Positions 34,760 through 46,357 of a stretch of DNA of 46,357 bases are shown piece after piece. The stretch covers positions 1 through 46,357 of the forward strand of contig RBNJ01000054.1 of the NCBI GenBank assembly GCA_003990765.1, in the 5' to 3' direction. The notes beneath the pieces are model-generated. The model worked only from the letters and a program-made list of their open reading frames with translations, was not told the DNA's origin and made no database searches. The DNA comes from Jimgerdemannia flammicorona (taxonomy: Eukaryota). Both the position numbers and the translations under genes were made by a program. The first letter of the stretch is position 1; the number at the start of each line of letters is the position of its first letter.

Positions 34760-35679
34760 CACATAGGCCCCACCTCAGAACTCAAGTCCGAGACATTATC
34801 CAGAAATGTAATACTTACCAGAAGTACCAAGGAAGGAAGAACTATCAAGCCCCTTTACAACCGATTCCCCCATCCACTCATATCTTTCAGAGATGGGGAG
34901 TAGATGTAATTGGACTCTTACCAATTATACCAAGAAGAAACAAATATATCTTAGTATTTGTGGAATATCTGACTAAATAGCCCAAGGCTTTTCCAATGGA
35001 GATCACAGATGCCATAACTATTGTAGGCCTCCTCCATGGACTCACACTCAGATATAGACCCCCAGAAGAGCTTATCTCTGACCAAGGCACAGAATTCATC
35101 AATAACATAATTACAAATTATGCCTGAATTTACAAGATCCACCTCAAACAAACCACATCATACCACCCTCAGACCACTGGTATGACAGAAAGAATGAATC
35201 AGACAATCAAGAAAGGACTCACCCAAGTCAATTCTACCAATTGGGACCTCTGCTTACCTGAGATCCTATGGGAAATTTGGAACACCCCTGCTGCCTCAAC
35301 CAAACAAAAGCCATTTAAGATGATGTTTGCCAAGAAAATGAGAACTGCTGACCATGAAAACCTCAGAGATCTTCTCAAAAAGGCAGAACAGTTATGTAAT
35401 CAGGCCCGAGGTCAGATTGTCAAAGCTCAAGAAAGACAGAAGAAGTACTATAACCAAAGATAGAAGGATCAGAAGATCAAGATTAGAGATCAAGTACTAG
35501 TTTGGAGAAGCATGATTGAAACAAACTTTGCTGCCAAACTGGAGCCCAAATGGGAAGGACCTTATTTCATACACAACATCAGAGGAACCAGCGTCTATTT
35601 AAGAAGCATGGATGGATGAACCCTGAGAACACCAGTACACATCAATTGTCTCAAACTATATCTCCCCTCTATACTATGA
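34760..35679 (+). pseudogene. integrase with GPY/F C-terminal module
   Basis: WGVDVIGLLP, LISDQGTEF, TSYHPQTTGMTERMNQTIK and KLEPKWEGPYFI. The first half of the HHCC finger appears deleted. No chromodomain seen. Confidence 0.92.
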
Positions 35680-36191
35680 GCTAAAGGATTGATCAACTCC
35701 TCCAGACACTGGTCCTCAGCTCCTTCTAAGCCCTACCGGTTCCCCTACTCCAATTCAGCCAAGCTAATGGAAACCCCCTTCAGAGGATTCAAGCTTACCA
35801 AGAAAATCTTACCTTGGCCAGGTGCCTACTACAAGTCCACCAACTGTAGGCCTATTATGCAATTGGTGAATAATTATAGAACCTTCTAGCCCCAGAACAG
35901 ACCTATATCAGGAACACCACAGTTCTGATCAGGAGAGATACAACTGCTGCAGACAGATTATACACCATTTATAAATGAAATGTCACAGCTCTGATACAGG
36001 CACAGTTCTCCCTGAATGACATTCAAGGAATAAACCCTGTTACCTATCTGAGTATCATCAATTCTGTTGAGATCCTATTCTCTGAAGAAGAAGAAGAACC
36101 CATAGAATGGAGTGACCCTAGTACAGACAATGAAGATGATGGAACCAGTATAGATGCAGAAGCAGCCTATGCCTATTGAGATGATGACTAA
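35676..36191 (+). pseudogene. additional 3' ORF (about 171 codons, acidic C-terminus) between integrase and 3' LTR
   Basis: Single frame from ATG 35676 to TAA 36191 with several internal stops. Homologous sequence is at 17434-17730(-) and 23780-24313(-). Confidence 0.7.
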
Positions 36192-36230
36192 AGAACAGTC
36201 TGGGACAGACTATCCTTCAGTGGGGGCTGA

Positions 36231-37581
36231 TGTGACAAACCAAGATGTACTACCCAAATTATACCTTAGCTAGATGACATGAACAATCAGCCAGATGATG
36301 TGAACACACAGCATAGTAACCAGCAACCATTGCTACAGAAACTGTATAATTAGCAGAACATACCAGATAGGGTCTGTTTACCTGTACAGACTCTGTACAC
36401 CATACAGACTCTGTACACTATACAGGTCCTATACATCATACAGACTCTGTACACCTGCCATAGATAGCAAATCTATAGTTAGCCACATAGCAACCAGATA
36501 GCAACCCCAATGTATAAATTACCCCAGAGACAAGAGTGAATAAACCTCAGTCCGAAATTGAAGCAAAAGACAAGTCTGCCTACCACACTTCGAGAGGAAC
36601 TCTACAGTCACTGCTAGGAGATTGTGAGCTTATTTCCACTCCAGTCCACTTTCTGATACAAAGAATGAGTCCATTTTTGGTTCACTTGCCAGATAAGTCT
36701 GAAGATTTGCCGCCTAAGTTCAAGGAAGAACTTCACTACTGTTTCTAAGTTAGAAAGCCTAAAAGAAAGCTACCTTGCTCAAGCCAGTTTCTGATGCAAC
36801 TTCACAGTGAATCTGTTCATGCAAACGAAGCCAGTCTCTAACGTAACTTTGCCAAGAGACCTTTTCCCAGCCAAGCTGCCAATTCAGGAAGAATCTGCAC
36901 CATCTGAGTTATTTCCCAGAAGCTCACCGATTCCAGAGAATCTGCATCATCCGCTGTTTTCAAGTTATCTGCCATATTCCCAGTTGAAGCTGCCAATTCA
37001 GAAGAATATGTGCCATCGTATTCCCAGAAGAACCCGCCAACTTTGGAAGAATCCACAACATCTGAGTTATCCAAGTTACCCGAATTATCTGCCACCAAGT
37101 TATTTGTTGTTCCTAGTAAGCCCAAGAAGAATCTGCTGTCAGTACAATCCCCAGTATAGAGAATCCACACCATCCTCTATTCCCAGTGAGCCAAATCGAG
37201 CCATCCGCCAGAAATCGCATACTTTTGGAGATTGTCGCACTATACAGAGATCACCTGTCACCCAAGAAGGAGAACCGCTAAATTGCTAGACTGTCACACA
37301 CAGAGATCATCATGCTACACAAATTGTAGTATTCCCAGTTAACCCAAGAAGGAAACCCATTCACACACAAATCGCCGCTACACCCAGAGAACCATCCCAA
37401 TAAGGAAATCGCCAGAATTGCTCGCAGATATCCAGCTTTTGACTATTATACCACTAAACACCAAGGACCTCAGGAATCTTAGAACATTTTGTTGCTTTTT
37501 GACAAATTAACTGGGGGCTCAAGCCAAACTACATCAACCCCCAATCTTGTAATTTGCCTGCATTGAGCAAGGCATGTTACA
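36231..37581 (+). repeat. 3' LTR (TG...CA)
   Basis: Begins TGTGACA after the PPT-like 'agtgggggctga' and ends TGTTACA. Contains an expanded 'atacagactctgtacac' repeat at about 36383-36455. Confidence 0.95.
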
Positions 37582-38100
37582 ATAGCTATATTCTTACTAA
37601 GATAGTTCTTTCCATACTGACAGATTTGGCAACTTGTATGTTTTTTATAATATAGTATTCCATTACTTAGAAGTGTTTCTTTCTCTTATTAACTTTATAC
37701 AATCTTAGAAATTAGTAACTATTTCTATCATAAGTAGCTGGAAGAGTGATAAGAGTATATACTTCAGTATAGATAAAGTATTCTCTTTCATAGGGTTTCT
37801 TTACTAAAATTATAGTTATTTCTTGAAATATAGTTGATTATATGATTATTTCTAAAGATATTAGTTCTAGATACTTCTGTTATTACTATTGATCAATTAT
37901 ATAGCATTGATAGCAGTAGTTTTAGAAAGAATGGAAGACTATCTGAAACTGGTATCTTTCTAGCTAAAAGATACTTTTCTAGTTTGTTTTCTATCTTGAG
38001 ATGATAGCTACTATACTTAGTTCTACTTCAGTATCTAGAGTATATTATCTTTGTTAGACAGAGAGTAAAGAAGAGTACTTTTTATTACTTTAGATAGCAC
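37582..38100 (-). mobile_element. continuation of the old minus-strand gypsy element
   Basis: Reverse complement 'actactgctatcaatgctatataattgatcaatag' (about 37920) matches 31730 'actactgctatcagtgtcacctgttggatcaataag', i.e. the region upstream of what is preserved at 27023-27380. Confidence 0.75.
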
Positions 38101-38356
38101 ATATTTGGATATTGAAATTAGTAATATAATCAAGAGAGATATAGTCATATATAAATAAGCTATATAAGAAATAAATTATCTAGATATAAAATAATAAGAA
38201 TTTCAATACTTCTGCTTAATAAAATAATATATATATATAAGAATATAAGAATATAATAATGTAAAAATATAATAAACCCAGTAATAACTATAGAATAACT
38301 ATAAATATACTAAAAAGATACTATCTATATATACTTAAAATATAAGTAACAATAAG

Positions 38357-40145
38357 TTAACTACTTTAAGAAAAATACACCTCAACAAATATAATAATAA
38401 TTGGTCAAACTCCTCAAGAACCTCATCCTGGAACCAGGAGAGCAGACTGTCTTTAAAATCTTTGTACTAATAGACCCCAGAAACCTGTTTTTAAAACTAA
38501 ATAAATATCTCAAGAACCTTAATTTAGAAGGATATAAGATAAATTCTGTTCTTCTTAAGCAACCAACTAAAGCTAAGACATCTCATTCTATCAAAGAGAA
38601 TTATCATAGACTATCTGATACTCTATCTCAATCAGATATATAGAGAAGTCTATAAATTAAATCTATCTAGAAATTACAAGAGGTCTTAGAAGAAAGAAAG
38701 GCCTCTCTGTAACCCAAGAGAAAGTAAAGTCTTCTATCAATATTGAGAAGAATTAACACCTCAGTAATAGTAGTAACTAGTAGAACTTCTTTATAAATAT
38801 TGGAACATCTTTACATTAGAGTAGAGAAATCTGCCATATAACTCATCATCTACTTTAGTATAAATACAGAAAATATAACTCTTATCTGATAGAAATCTTA
38901 TAGAATACACTACTATCTAAGATGAAATATATTCAGAAACTCTTAGATAATAGAGTTATCCAAATCTCTAAAAGTCTCTGGATTAGCTCTATACTTATTA
39001 TATCTAAGAAAAGAGAATAGAGACTTTGTATAGACTACTGAAAGTTCAACTTAGTAATAGAAAAAGATATCTACCCCTTCTCTAGAATTAATTACCTCCT
39101 TGACCAGCTATAAGATATCAGATATTTCAGTAGTATGGATTTTTGGCAGAATTCTACAAGATCTCCATAGTCTGTAAAGATATTTAGAAAACAGCCTTTA
39201 TTATTTTAGAAATACTATTTGAATACCTCTGAATGCCCTTGGGACCCTGCAATATACTCTTAATCTTTTAGTAGATAATGAACTCAGTCTATACTTTATT
39301 ACTCTACTACTGTCTGATTATCTACATAGAAGATACTAGTATTTATTCAGTCAATTTCAAGGAATATTTACAATACTTAGAAGAGTTCTTTCAATCACTT
39401 CAAAGAACCACCTGAGACTCAATGCTAAGAAGTACTACTTTAGAAAACCAAAACTCAAATTCCCTAAATTTATAGTTTCTATAGATAGAATCTATATAGA
39501 TCCCAGAAGACTAAAAAGATGAATAACTGACCAATACTCAAGACTATGATAAAAACACTATTATTTCTAATACAAATAATCTACAATAAAAGATTTTATT
39601 AAGAATTTTACTCAAATTGATATACTAATCAGAACTCTTTTTAAGAAAGAAGAAAGGAACTATAAGAACTAGTCTTCAAATAACTTAAATGCCTCATTAC
39701 TACAGCAGAAGTCCTTATCTCATAATCTACAGAAGCCATTTATCTTGTACCTAGATACTTCTAAAGATAGCCTCAGAGCAGTCTTAATTCAGAAGGACTA
39801 ACTAGTAGTACTATATAATATGTAGCTTATATATACTAAACTACCAATTAGTAGCAAGTTAACTCTGATAGTACCAAATTAGAATATGTTACATTATATA
39901 GGTACTCACTCTCATTAAGCACTATCTTATAAGAAAAATATTAACTTTGATAACTATTTATACTGCTCTCAAATAGCTATTTAACTATAAAAACCCTTTT
40001 GAAATTCTGGCTCACTAGATCCTTATTCTATAGGAATACAAAATCACTATAATTTACAAAGCAGAGAAAGCTTATAATAATACTGATATCTTTCCTACTA
40101 ACTTTAATAAACCAGAAGTAGAGTATGCCAAGGAACTGTACTCTA
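38357..40145 (+). mobile_element. degenerate internal fragment (RT-RNase H) of the same gypsy family
   Basis: KNLILEPGEQTVFKIF matches 32848 KNLILEPGEQATFEIF, and the region is colinear with 32817-34650. Confidence 0.9.
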
Positions 40146-40149
40146 AATA

Positions 40150-43100
40150 ATATCTTTCTCAGCTATTGCTTGAGTTATACTAAAACTCTACCTATACATA
40201 ATTTTCGTAGTTTTTTAGAGAAATAAACTTAGATTATATCATCAATTTGAATTTCTTAAGAGTATGCTTAGTAGAGTAACCCTAGTATATTTGACTGACA
40301 GTATGTAGAGAGGATTCAATGCTCAGGTGTAGGCCTTTGGAGCTCTTATTCAGATAGATTTAGAGTCTACAGAGGTGAGAGGCCTGGTGCTAGAGGACAG
40401 GAAGCTGGGAGAATGAGCTTTACTAATAAGATCAAGACTGGGGATTAGTCAGTGAGACTGAATAGATGACTACAGAGAGAGAAGGAGAAGGCACAGGCTG
40501 CAAGATCTGGAGAAGATGCTCTGAACAACTAATAGGACTAGTGGAGTAGCAGCTAGAGAGGGGGGTGAGACTGCTGATGGGAAGAAACTGCTAATTTGAA
40601 AAAATCCAGATATAATAGCTGATAGATTGACTGAGCTAAAGAGTGACATAGAAAGGATACTTGGCTGAGAGTATAATGGGTATGATAGCAGAACGTTATT
40701 TAAGAAATTAGTATTGGAATTCCAGATCACACTGTACTTCCAGAGCTTGAGAGTTATGGCAAAATTAGTTCTAGGGCTACTAGCCCAAGAGATAAAAGGG
40801 TTGGCCTCAGTGACGTTTTTAAAGAGACTAGAGAGAATTGAGATGAGCTTTGAGAAAGAGAATTTGATGCTAAAAGTACTAGAGAAGAGAGTGATACATA
40901 GTTGAGAGAGTAATGATTCCTATAGCAAGATATCTGAGCTAAGACCCTTGGATAATTGATGCTGCCAAGGAATATGGAGATATAGTAGATATCACTTTCA
41001 GAGTTTGAGAGGGTACAGCATTCTGTACAGATGATGTGAATGTCTATATGAGGCTGGTAGAAAGGTGAATATGGAGAAAGAGAGAGACTAGCTAGTAGTA
41101 CTAAAGTAGGACCCAGTAGAGTATAAGGTATTGAGAGTGAAAGGGATGCTGGAGGAGAAGGAGGATTTGCTAGAGGTGTTGGATGATCTGGCTAGAGCAG
41201 TAGAGAAGAAGCAGTTAGTATTGAAGGAGTTTGATGCTAGAACTGTGGTAGAGATTGTTAATAATAAGAGAGTATATCTATATAAGAGAGGGCTAAAGAG
41301 AGACAGTGACAGAAGGATTTGTTGGCAGGCTTAGAGAGTGGTCCAAAAGTGGTGAAGAATACTGAGATTACTGGTTCAAGGATCAGTACCTAGTTTGGGA
41401 AGATGAAGACAATACAGAGGAGAGACCTAGAGAGAGATATAGCTTAAGAGTAAAGTATAGTAGCAAAGGATATAGTGGTGACAGATAAGGCTCACATCTA
41501 GTATGAGAATCTAACAATTAGGAGGGGGAATAAGCTGCAAGATATATTAGAGAAGAACTGAGATAAGTTAGTAAAAGCAAGTGCTAAAGAGGGTTGGAGA
41601 ATGGAGAGACAGGAGTTAGACTTAAAGAATGAGAAGATTAGCAGAGAGTAGTAGCTATAGAAGACACTTACAAATATTGCTGCTGATGAGTTGGGAGAGA
41701 GGGGGGTCACTTCTAAGGTATCAGTAAGATATATTATAGAGCTGTCTTGAGAGGAGAGGAGATAGTATACAAGTTGTAAGATGAGTTGATAGTAGCTCTA
41801 TAAAAGTTAGAAGAGTGAGATTGATGAGAATAGGAAAATAGTACTATTGGAAATTACAAATACATATATAGCTTATCTGTGGAGTCCAAAAAAAGGGGTG
41901 GTAAAATAGCAGATAGTGTTTAAGAAGTATTAATTATCTGTAGAGATATAGAACAGAATGGATTATTTGGAGATATTGGTGGCTCTAGATACTCTGTAAG
42001 GAGAGGTGATCAAACTTGATGCTGAGAGTAACTTGAATATGGCTAGTGATATAGTGAGTATGGAATTGTAGAGTAGGAGAATCTTTTATATATATTTATT
42101 TAATATAAATAATACAATTAGGATCTTTTCTCTAAATATCAATGGGTTATGGGAGGTAGTAAGGTATAGGAACATTTTCTCCTAACTAAAAGGGCTGGAT
42201 ACTGATCTATTTTTGTTACAGGATATGAGAAGTAATAAGAACTCTGATATATAGGACTGGAGGTAGGAATGGGGAGAGGTGGTAGTATGGTGAGACAGGG
42301 TAGGTATTCTAGTTTATAGAGAGAAGAGAGATATTGGGGATATTGGAAATTGGGGGGATAGGAAGTGTGGGGAATATGGAGGAAACAAGGTTAGAGCTTA
42401 GTAGTAGTCAGATCATATTACTGCCTGGTGGAGAGAAGAGCCTATTTGGAGTGGATAAATAAACTGAAAGACTTTGGCAAGCTGGTGGAGTCTGGGGTTG
42501 ACTGTTTGGATAGTAATTTTAATATAATCTAAAATGGCAGAATAGACAGAAAGAATGGTAGGAGGGGGTTGTCAGGGAGAAGCAGAGGTCTGGAAAGTTG
42601 GAAAGAGATTAAAAGACTTAATTCTCTAGTGAATATTGGCTGATAGAGGTGGAGAGATTACCAGATATACACACAATGTATAGATGAGCTTGGCTCTAGA
42701 ATTAACTGAGTTCTGACTACTGAGTGCTGGTAGAGTGATGTCTGAGAATTATTAGAGGCTGAATAGTATCTATGGTCTGATCACTGTGGTCTTCTGAAAT
42801 GTAAAAAGTTTAGAGGAAGTAGTGAGGGATCTGGATATTGGTACTTTAACTCTTTCTTGTTGGATGAGCTCTCTTTGTGAGAAGTCTGGATAGTGGATAT
42901 TAGATCCAGGATTTGTATTTAGAGAGAGGTAGGTCTCACTCTTTGGAATAGATTGTGGAGACTAAAGTCTGATGTACAACATTTCTAAAGAGAGGCAGAG
43001 AGACTATAGAGTACCAGAGGTAGAGTTATGTATATACGGTGGGTCTTATGTAGGTTGGAAAGACTGTTGAAGGAATGGACTGGCCTACTTGTTAGAGAAT

Positions 43101-43157
43101 ATAGAGATGATGGATTGAAAGGTTCAGCATAATCAGAAGAAGGAAGAGAAAAAAAAA
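40150..43157 (+). mobile_element. degenerate L1/Tx1-like LINE: ORF1 and AP-endonuclease region, ending in an A-rich tract
   Basis: ORF1 homology to 47..307, endonuclease motifs IRIFSLNINGL (about 42117), DLFLLQD and SDH (42776-42784), and an A run at 43149-43157. Boundaries approximate. Confidence 0.8.
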
Positions 43158-43169
43158 TAAGTTAGTATA

Positions 43170-46100
43170 GGGTAGGAAACTAACTCCTTATATCTTTATC
43201 TGATAACATTCAGATTACACAATCTTCTAACAATACTTACAATATAGTTTTTGGAGAAAAGATACTAGCATTATAGTAACTGATGAGTATTCCAAGGTGC
43301 ATGCTAGGCAGGGGGGCTGTGGTACATTCAACTGACAATATGTGGGGAGGGGCCCCAGCTTGGGGAGAAGCATAAGGGGCCTGCTGGCAGGAGGACATGG
43401 TAGAGGAGGGGGCAGTGCTGGAGGTCAGGGAACAGGGAGGGCAAGCTTTACAGATAAGGTGAAGGGGGGTCAGCAGAGAGCTGGGCTAGAGAGTTGGCTG
43501 AGGAGGGATAAGGCAATAGTAAAGACTACAGGACAGAGGCTTCAAGGGGGAGTCCCTCTGGGGTGCCAGAGTAGTGGGGCTGGTGGTGAATTGGCTGAGG
43601 GGGTGACTGCTGATGGGAGCATGATGGGCAATCTGGAAAAAAATCTAGATAGGACTGCTGATGGTAGACTGAGCTAGGCTAGACTTTTGGAGAATTGGGC
43701 AGATATTTTAGCCCTGGAGGGGGTGGAGGACTGGCAGTTGAGCCAGGTTAGGATGGAGATCAATGAGCTATAACAGGTATTGAGGGAAGAGGAGAAGATA
43801 TGGGTGTAGAGCTTGACTGCCTGATTATGCTGGTAGGGGCTCAAGGAGAGGGAGGGGTCATCTAAATACCTTTTGAGGATTCTGCAGGCAAGGAGGGTGA
43901 GGCAGAGGTGGAAGGGAGTTCTGAATTCAGATAAACTTTAGATAAATAGTATACAGAACATTGTGAGCTCACTTAAGGAGAGGTGGAGAGGTTTGTGGAG
44001 TGAGGAGGAGGATGGGGCAATAGCTACTACTATTGAGAATGCTTTGGAGGATTGGTATCCACCACAAGTAGATAGGTTGGATGGTTTGGAGATGTCAGTT
44101 CAGGAAGAGGAGATTCATTAGATTTATGTTATGACTACACTGGGCATGATTCCTGGTGAGGATGAGCTGCCCTGAAACTTTTAGAAGAGGATGCTAGAAG
44201 TATCTGGGGTATTGGGAGAGATGATGGTGATGTGTGATTTGATACTACAGTTAGAGAGGTGGGTGAGAGAGTATCTGGGGCTGATGGTACTGCTTTACAA
44301 GAAAAAGAGTAAAAGAGAGGACTGGAAGAATTGGTGACCCATTATGCTTCTGGATATAGATAGGAAGTTGGTTACTAAGGTGGTGGTGGTGAGGCTGCAG
44401 AAGATAGCCCAGCAAGTTTTGGATGAGGAGCAGCGAGGGTTTGTAGGGAGCCAGCTCATTAGAGATGGTAAGGCCTGTGTTTATGGCATTATTGAAGGGG
44501 CTTGAGCCTGTGGGCTGGATGGAAGGCTGGTTTTCTTGGATTAGAAAAAAGCCCATGACCATGTTTGGTGTATCTGGCTGGTGAAGGTTCTGGATAGAAT
44601 TGGTATCTCTCAGTGGCTTCAGATGGCAATAATCAGCCTACTGGAAGGGAGTCAAGTGTTGCTTATGTGCAATAAACATAGAGGGGTGGCATTATCTCTA
44701 GGAAGGGGCATACTCCAGGGGGACCCCCTGTCTCTGATTTTGTATACTCTGTCCTTAGAGCCATTAATAGATAGGATTTAGTAGAAGATAGGGGGGTTAT
44801 CTATATTCAGCATTGTCTGGAAGGTTGGAGCCTTTGCAGATGATATAGTAGTTAGTCTGAGATTGATTACTGATATCAAGGATCTCCAGGAAACAGTGGA
44901 GTGGTATGAGGTATACTCTGGGGCTAAACTGAACTAGTACAAGTGTGAAACAATGGTATTAGATAATGGTCTGGTGGGAGGGGATGTCATTGGAACAATC
45001 ATCTCTACTGGAGAGGTGGTAAGATACTTGATCATTTATCTCTCTATATATGAATTAGTCCTGATACATACTTGGTTAGAGTAATGAGTGACCATCTGGG
45101 GAGAGGTCCTAAGAGATTAGGGAGGCCACCATATGTCTTTGGTGGGACACATTGTAATTTTGAATATTTACTGGCTATCAAAGCTATGGTATTTAATATA
45201 TCATCTTGACTTTTCAGCCTGGATAATGAAGAGGCTATTGAAGCTGGCAAAAGATTACATCTGGGCTAGGCAGAGGAGTCAGATAAGCTGGGAAATCTTG
45301 GCATTGCCAGTAACTAGAGGGGGTCTGGGGCTGGTTGACTTCCTGAAGAGGCTACATTATCTGTAAGCATGGTGGCTAAAGAGAGCAGTGGAATTGAGAG
45401 GAGATAGTTAGATTTTCCTGATGATGAAGATCTGAGAGATATAGTACTCACCAAGAGGAGCAACTGGAGATTTACTATCCTTGGTTGGGCTTCTGAATAG
45501 GGGGTGAATGAGATATAAGAGCTTTTGGTGGAGAGTGGTAGATGGGGCTCACTGCATTGGAATCTGCTGGTAGAGAGATGAAGGAGTATTGCCTTGGGGC
45601 TCAGCAATGTCAAGATGAGATTGAGTGTTGCTGAGAGGCACCCCCCTTATAGACTTTGATATTGGTGATGGGGTAGAGTACCAAAAGGGGATGGGACAGA
45701 ATGTATGGCCTAGCAGCTGGCAGATGGCTGGAATTGGAGAGGAGTGGGACTGGAATAGAATCTGACCCTGGAGTACAGTGATAAGACAATAGTTGTTGCC
45801 CAAGTACTGGGTGGTTTAGTAGTACATACTGTGGAGGAATGTTATGCTCAACTTTCACTCAGGCCACCTTGTGGAGAGAGGGAACTTTGATTGTGAGGAG
45901 TGCTATAATGTAGGACAGGAAGGGGGGTTTGTGCAGATGCCAGAATATTAGCTAGGAGAGTGTGAGATACTGAGAGACTTTTGGTTTGTAGTGAGGAAGA
46001 GGCTGGGGGTTGTGTACACAGAGGATGAAGATTGGGGTTGATGAGAGGATCTGAGGGATAGATTGATAGAGGGGATAGAGAGGGAGTGATTGACTTTGGG

Positions 46101-46357
46101 CTGAATATTAGTGTTATGGGTGGAACTAGCAGGTCACTGGCAGTTTGTGTTTGAGGAAGGAAAGTATTTGAGTTTTTGGGAGTGGTTGGTGAGGTGGGAA
46201 GTATTGATGAAGGATGTCTTGACAGGCTGGTGGTTGGGATGGAGTCTGTAGGAAGGTTGGTAGTGCTGTCTGATAGAGAAGATCTGTGGGCAGAGTGGTG
46301 GGAGGGTGGCGATAGTGTTAGACAAGGTGGTCTTTCATTGGGAAGGGGTAGGGGGAA
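43170..46357 (+). mobile_element. second degenerate LINE: 5' UTR and ORF1 start fused to ORF2 (RT domain and C-terminus)
   Basis: ORF1 N-terminus at 43280-43677, then PGEDELP, NW*PIMLL, FLD*KKAHDHV, GILQGDPLS (Q at 44716), FADD (44833-44844) and LPVTRGGLGL. Confidence 0.9.

Larger units (their letters stand above)
27390..37581 (+). mobile_element. near full-length, inactivated Ty3/gypsy LTR retrotransposon with dUTPase
   Basis: Paired LTRs, PBS, and gag-PR-dUTPase-RT-RNaseH-IN order, with many TGA/TAG stops and frameshifts. Candidate TSD ATAGC at 27385-27389 and 37582-37586. Confidence 0.96.

Noticed and set aside
36536-37289. ORFs inside the LTRs (also 27924..28133, 16713..17157)
   Set aside because: They lie in LTR subrepeats and their frames are not preserved between LTR copies.

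Overview
Eukaryotic, almost certainly fungal, genomic DNA, judged from short GT-AG introns with CTRAC/CTAAT branch points. An early-diverging lineage such as Mucoromycota is a guess from protein similarity only. The left half (about 1.7-21.3 kb) is CpG-retaining and holds several decayed genes. It also carries a three-part module (7TM-receptor-like gene, short acidic ORF, orphan multi-exon gene) in three to four partly inverted copies; only the orphan copy at 20393-21295 splices to an open frame. The right half (23-46 kb) is a nested transposon graveyard with strong C>T/G>A erosion. An old minus-strand Ty3/gypsy element is interrupted by (i) a 300-bp foldback element, (ii) a processed mRNA retrocopy with a poly(A) tail and a perfect 15-bp target-site duplication, encoding a secreted Cys-x3 repeat protein, and (iii) a near full-length younger gypsy relative. 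The younger element has a tRNA-Pro-type PBS, gag, protease, an eroded Zn2Cys6-like motif, dUTPase, RT, RNase H, integrase and an extra 3' ORF joined to pol by a conserved ATGA stop/start overlap. L1/Tx1-like LINEs sit at both ends of the window. No rRNA, tRNA or CRISPR was seen. All family assignments come from motif recognition by eye, not database searches.
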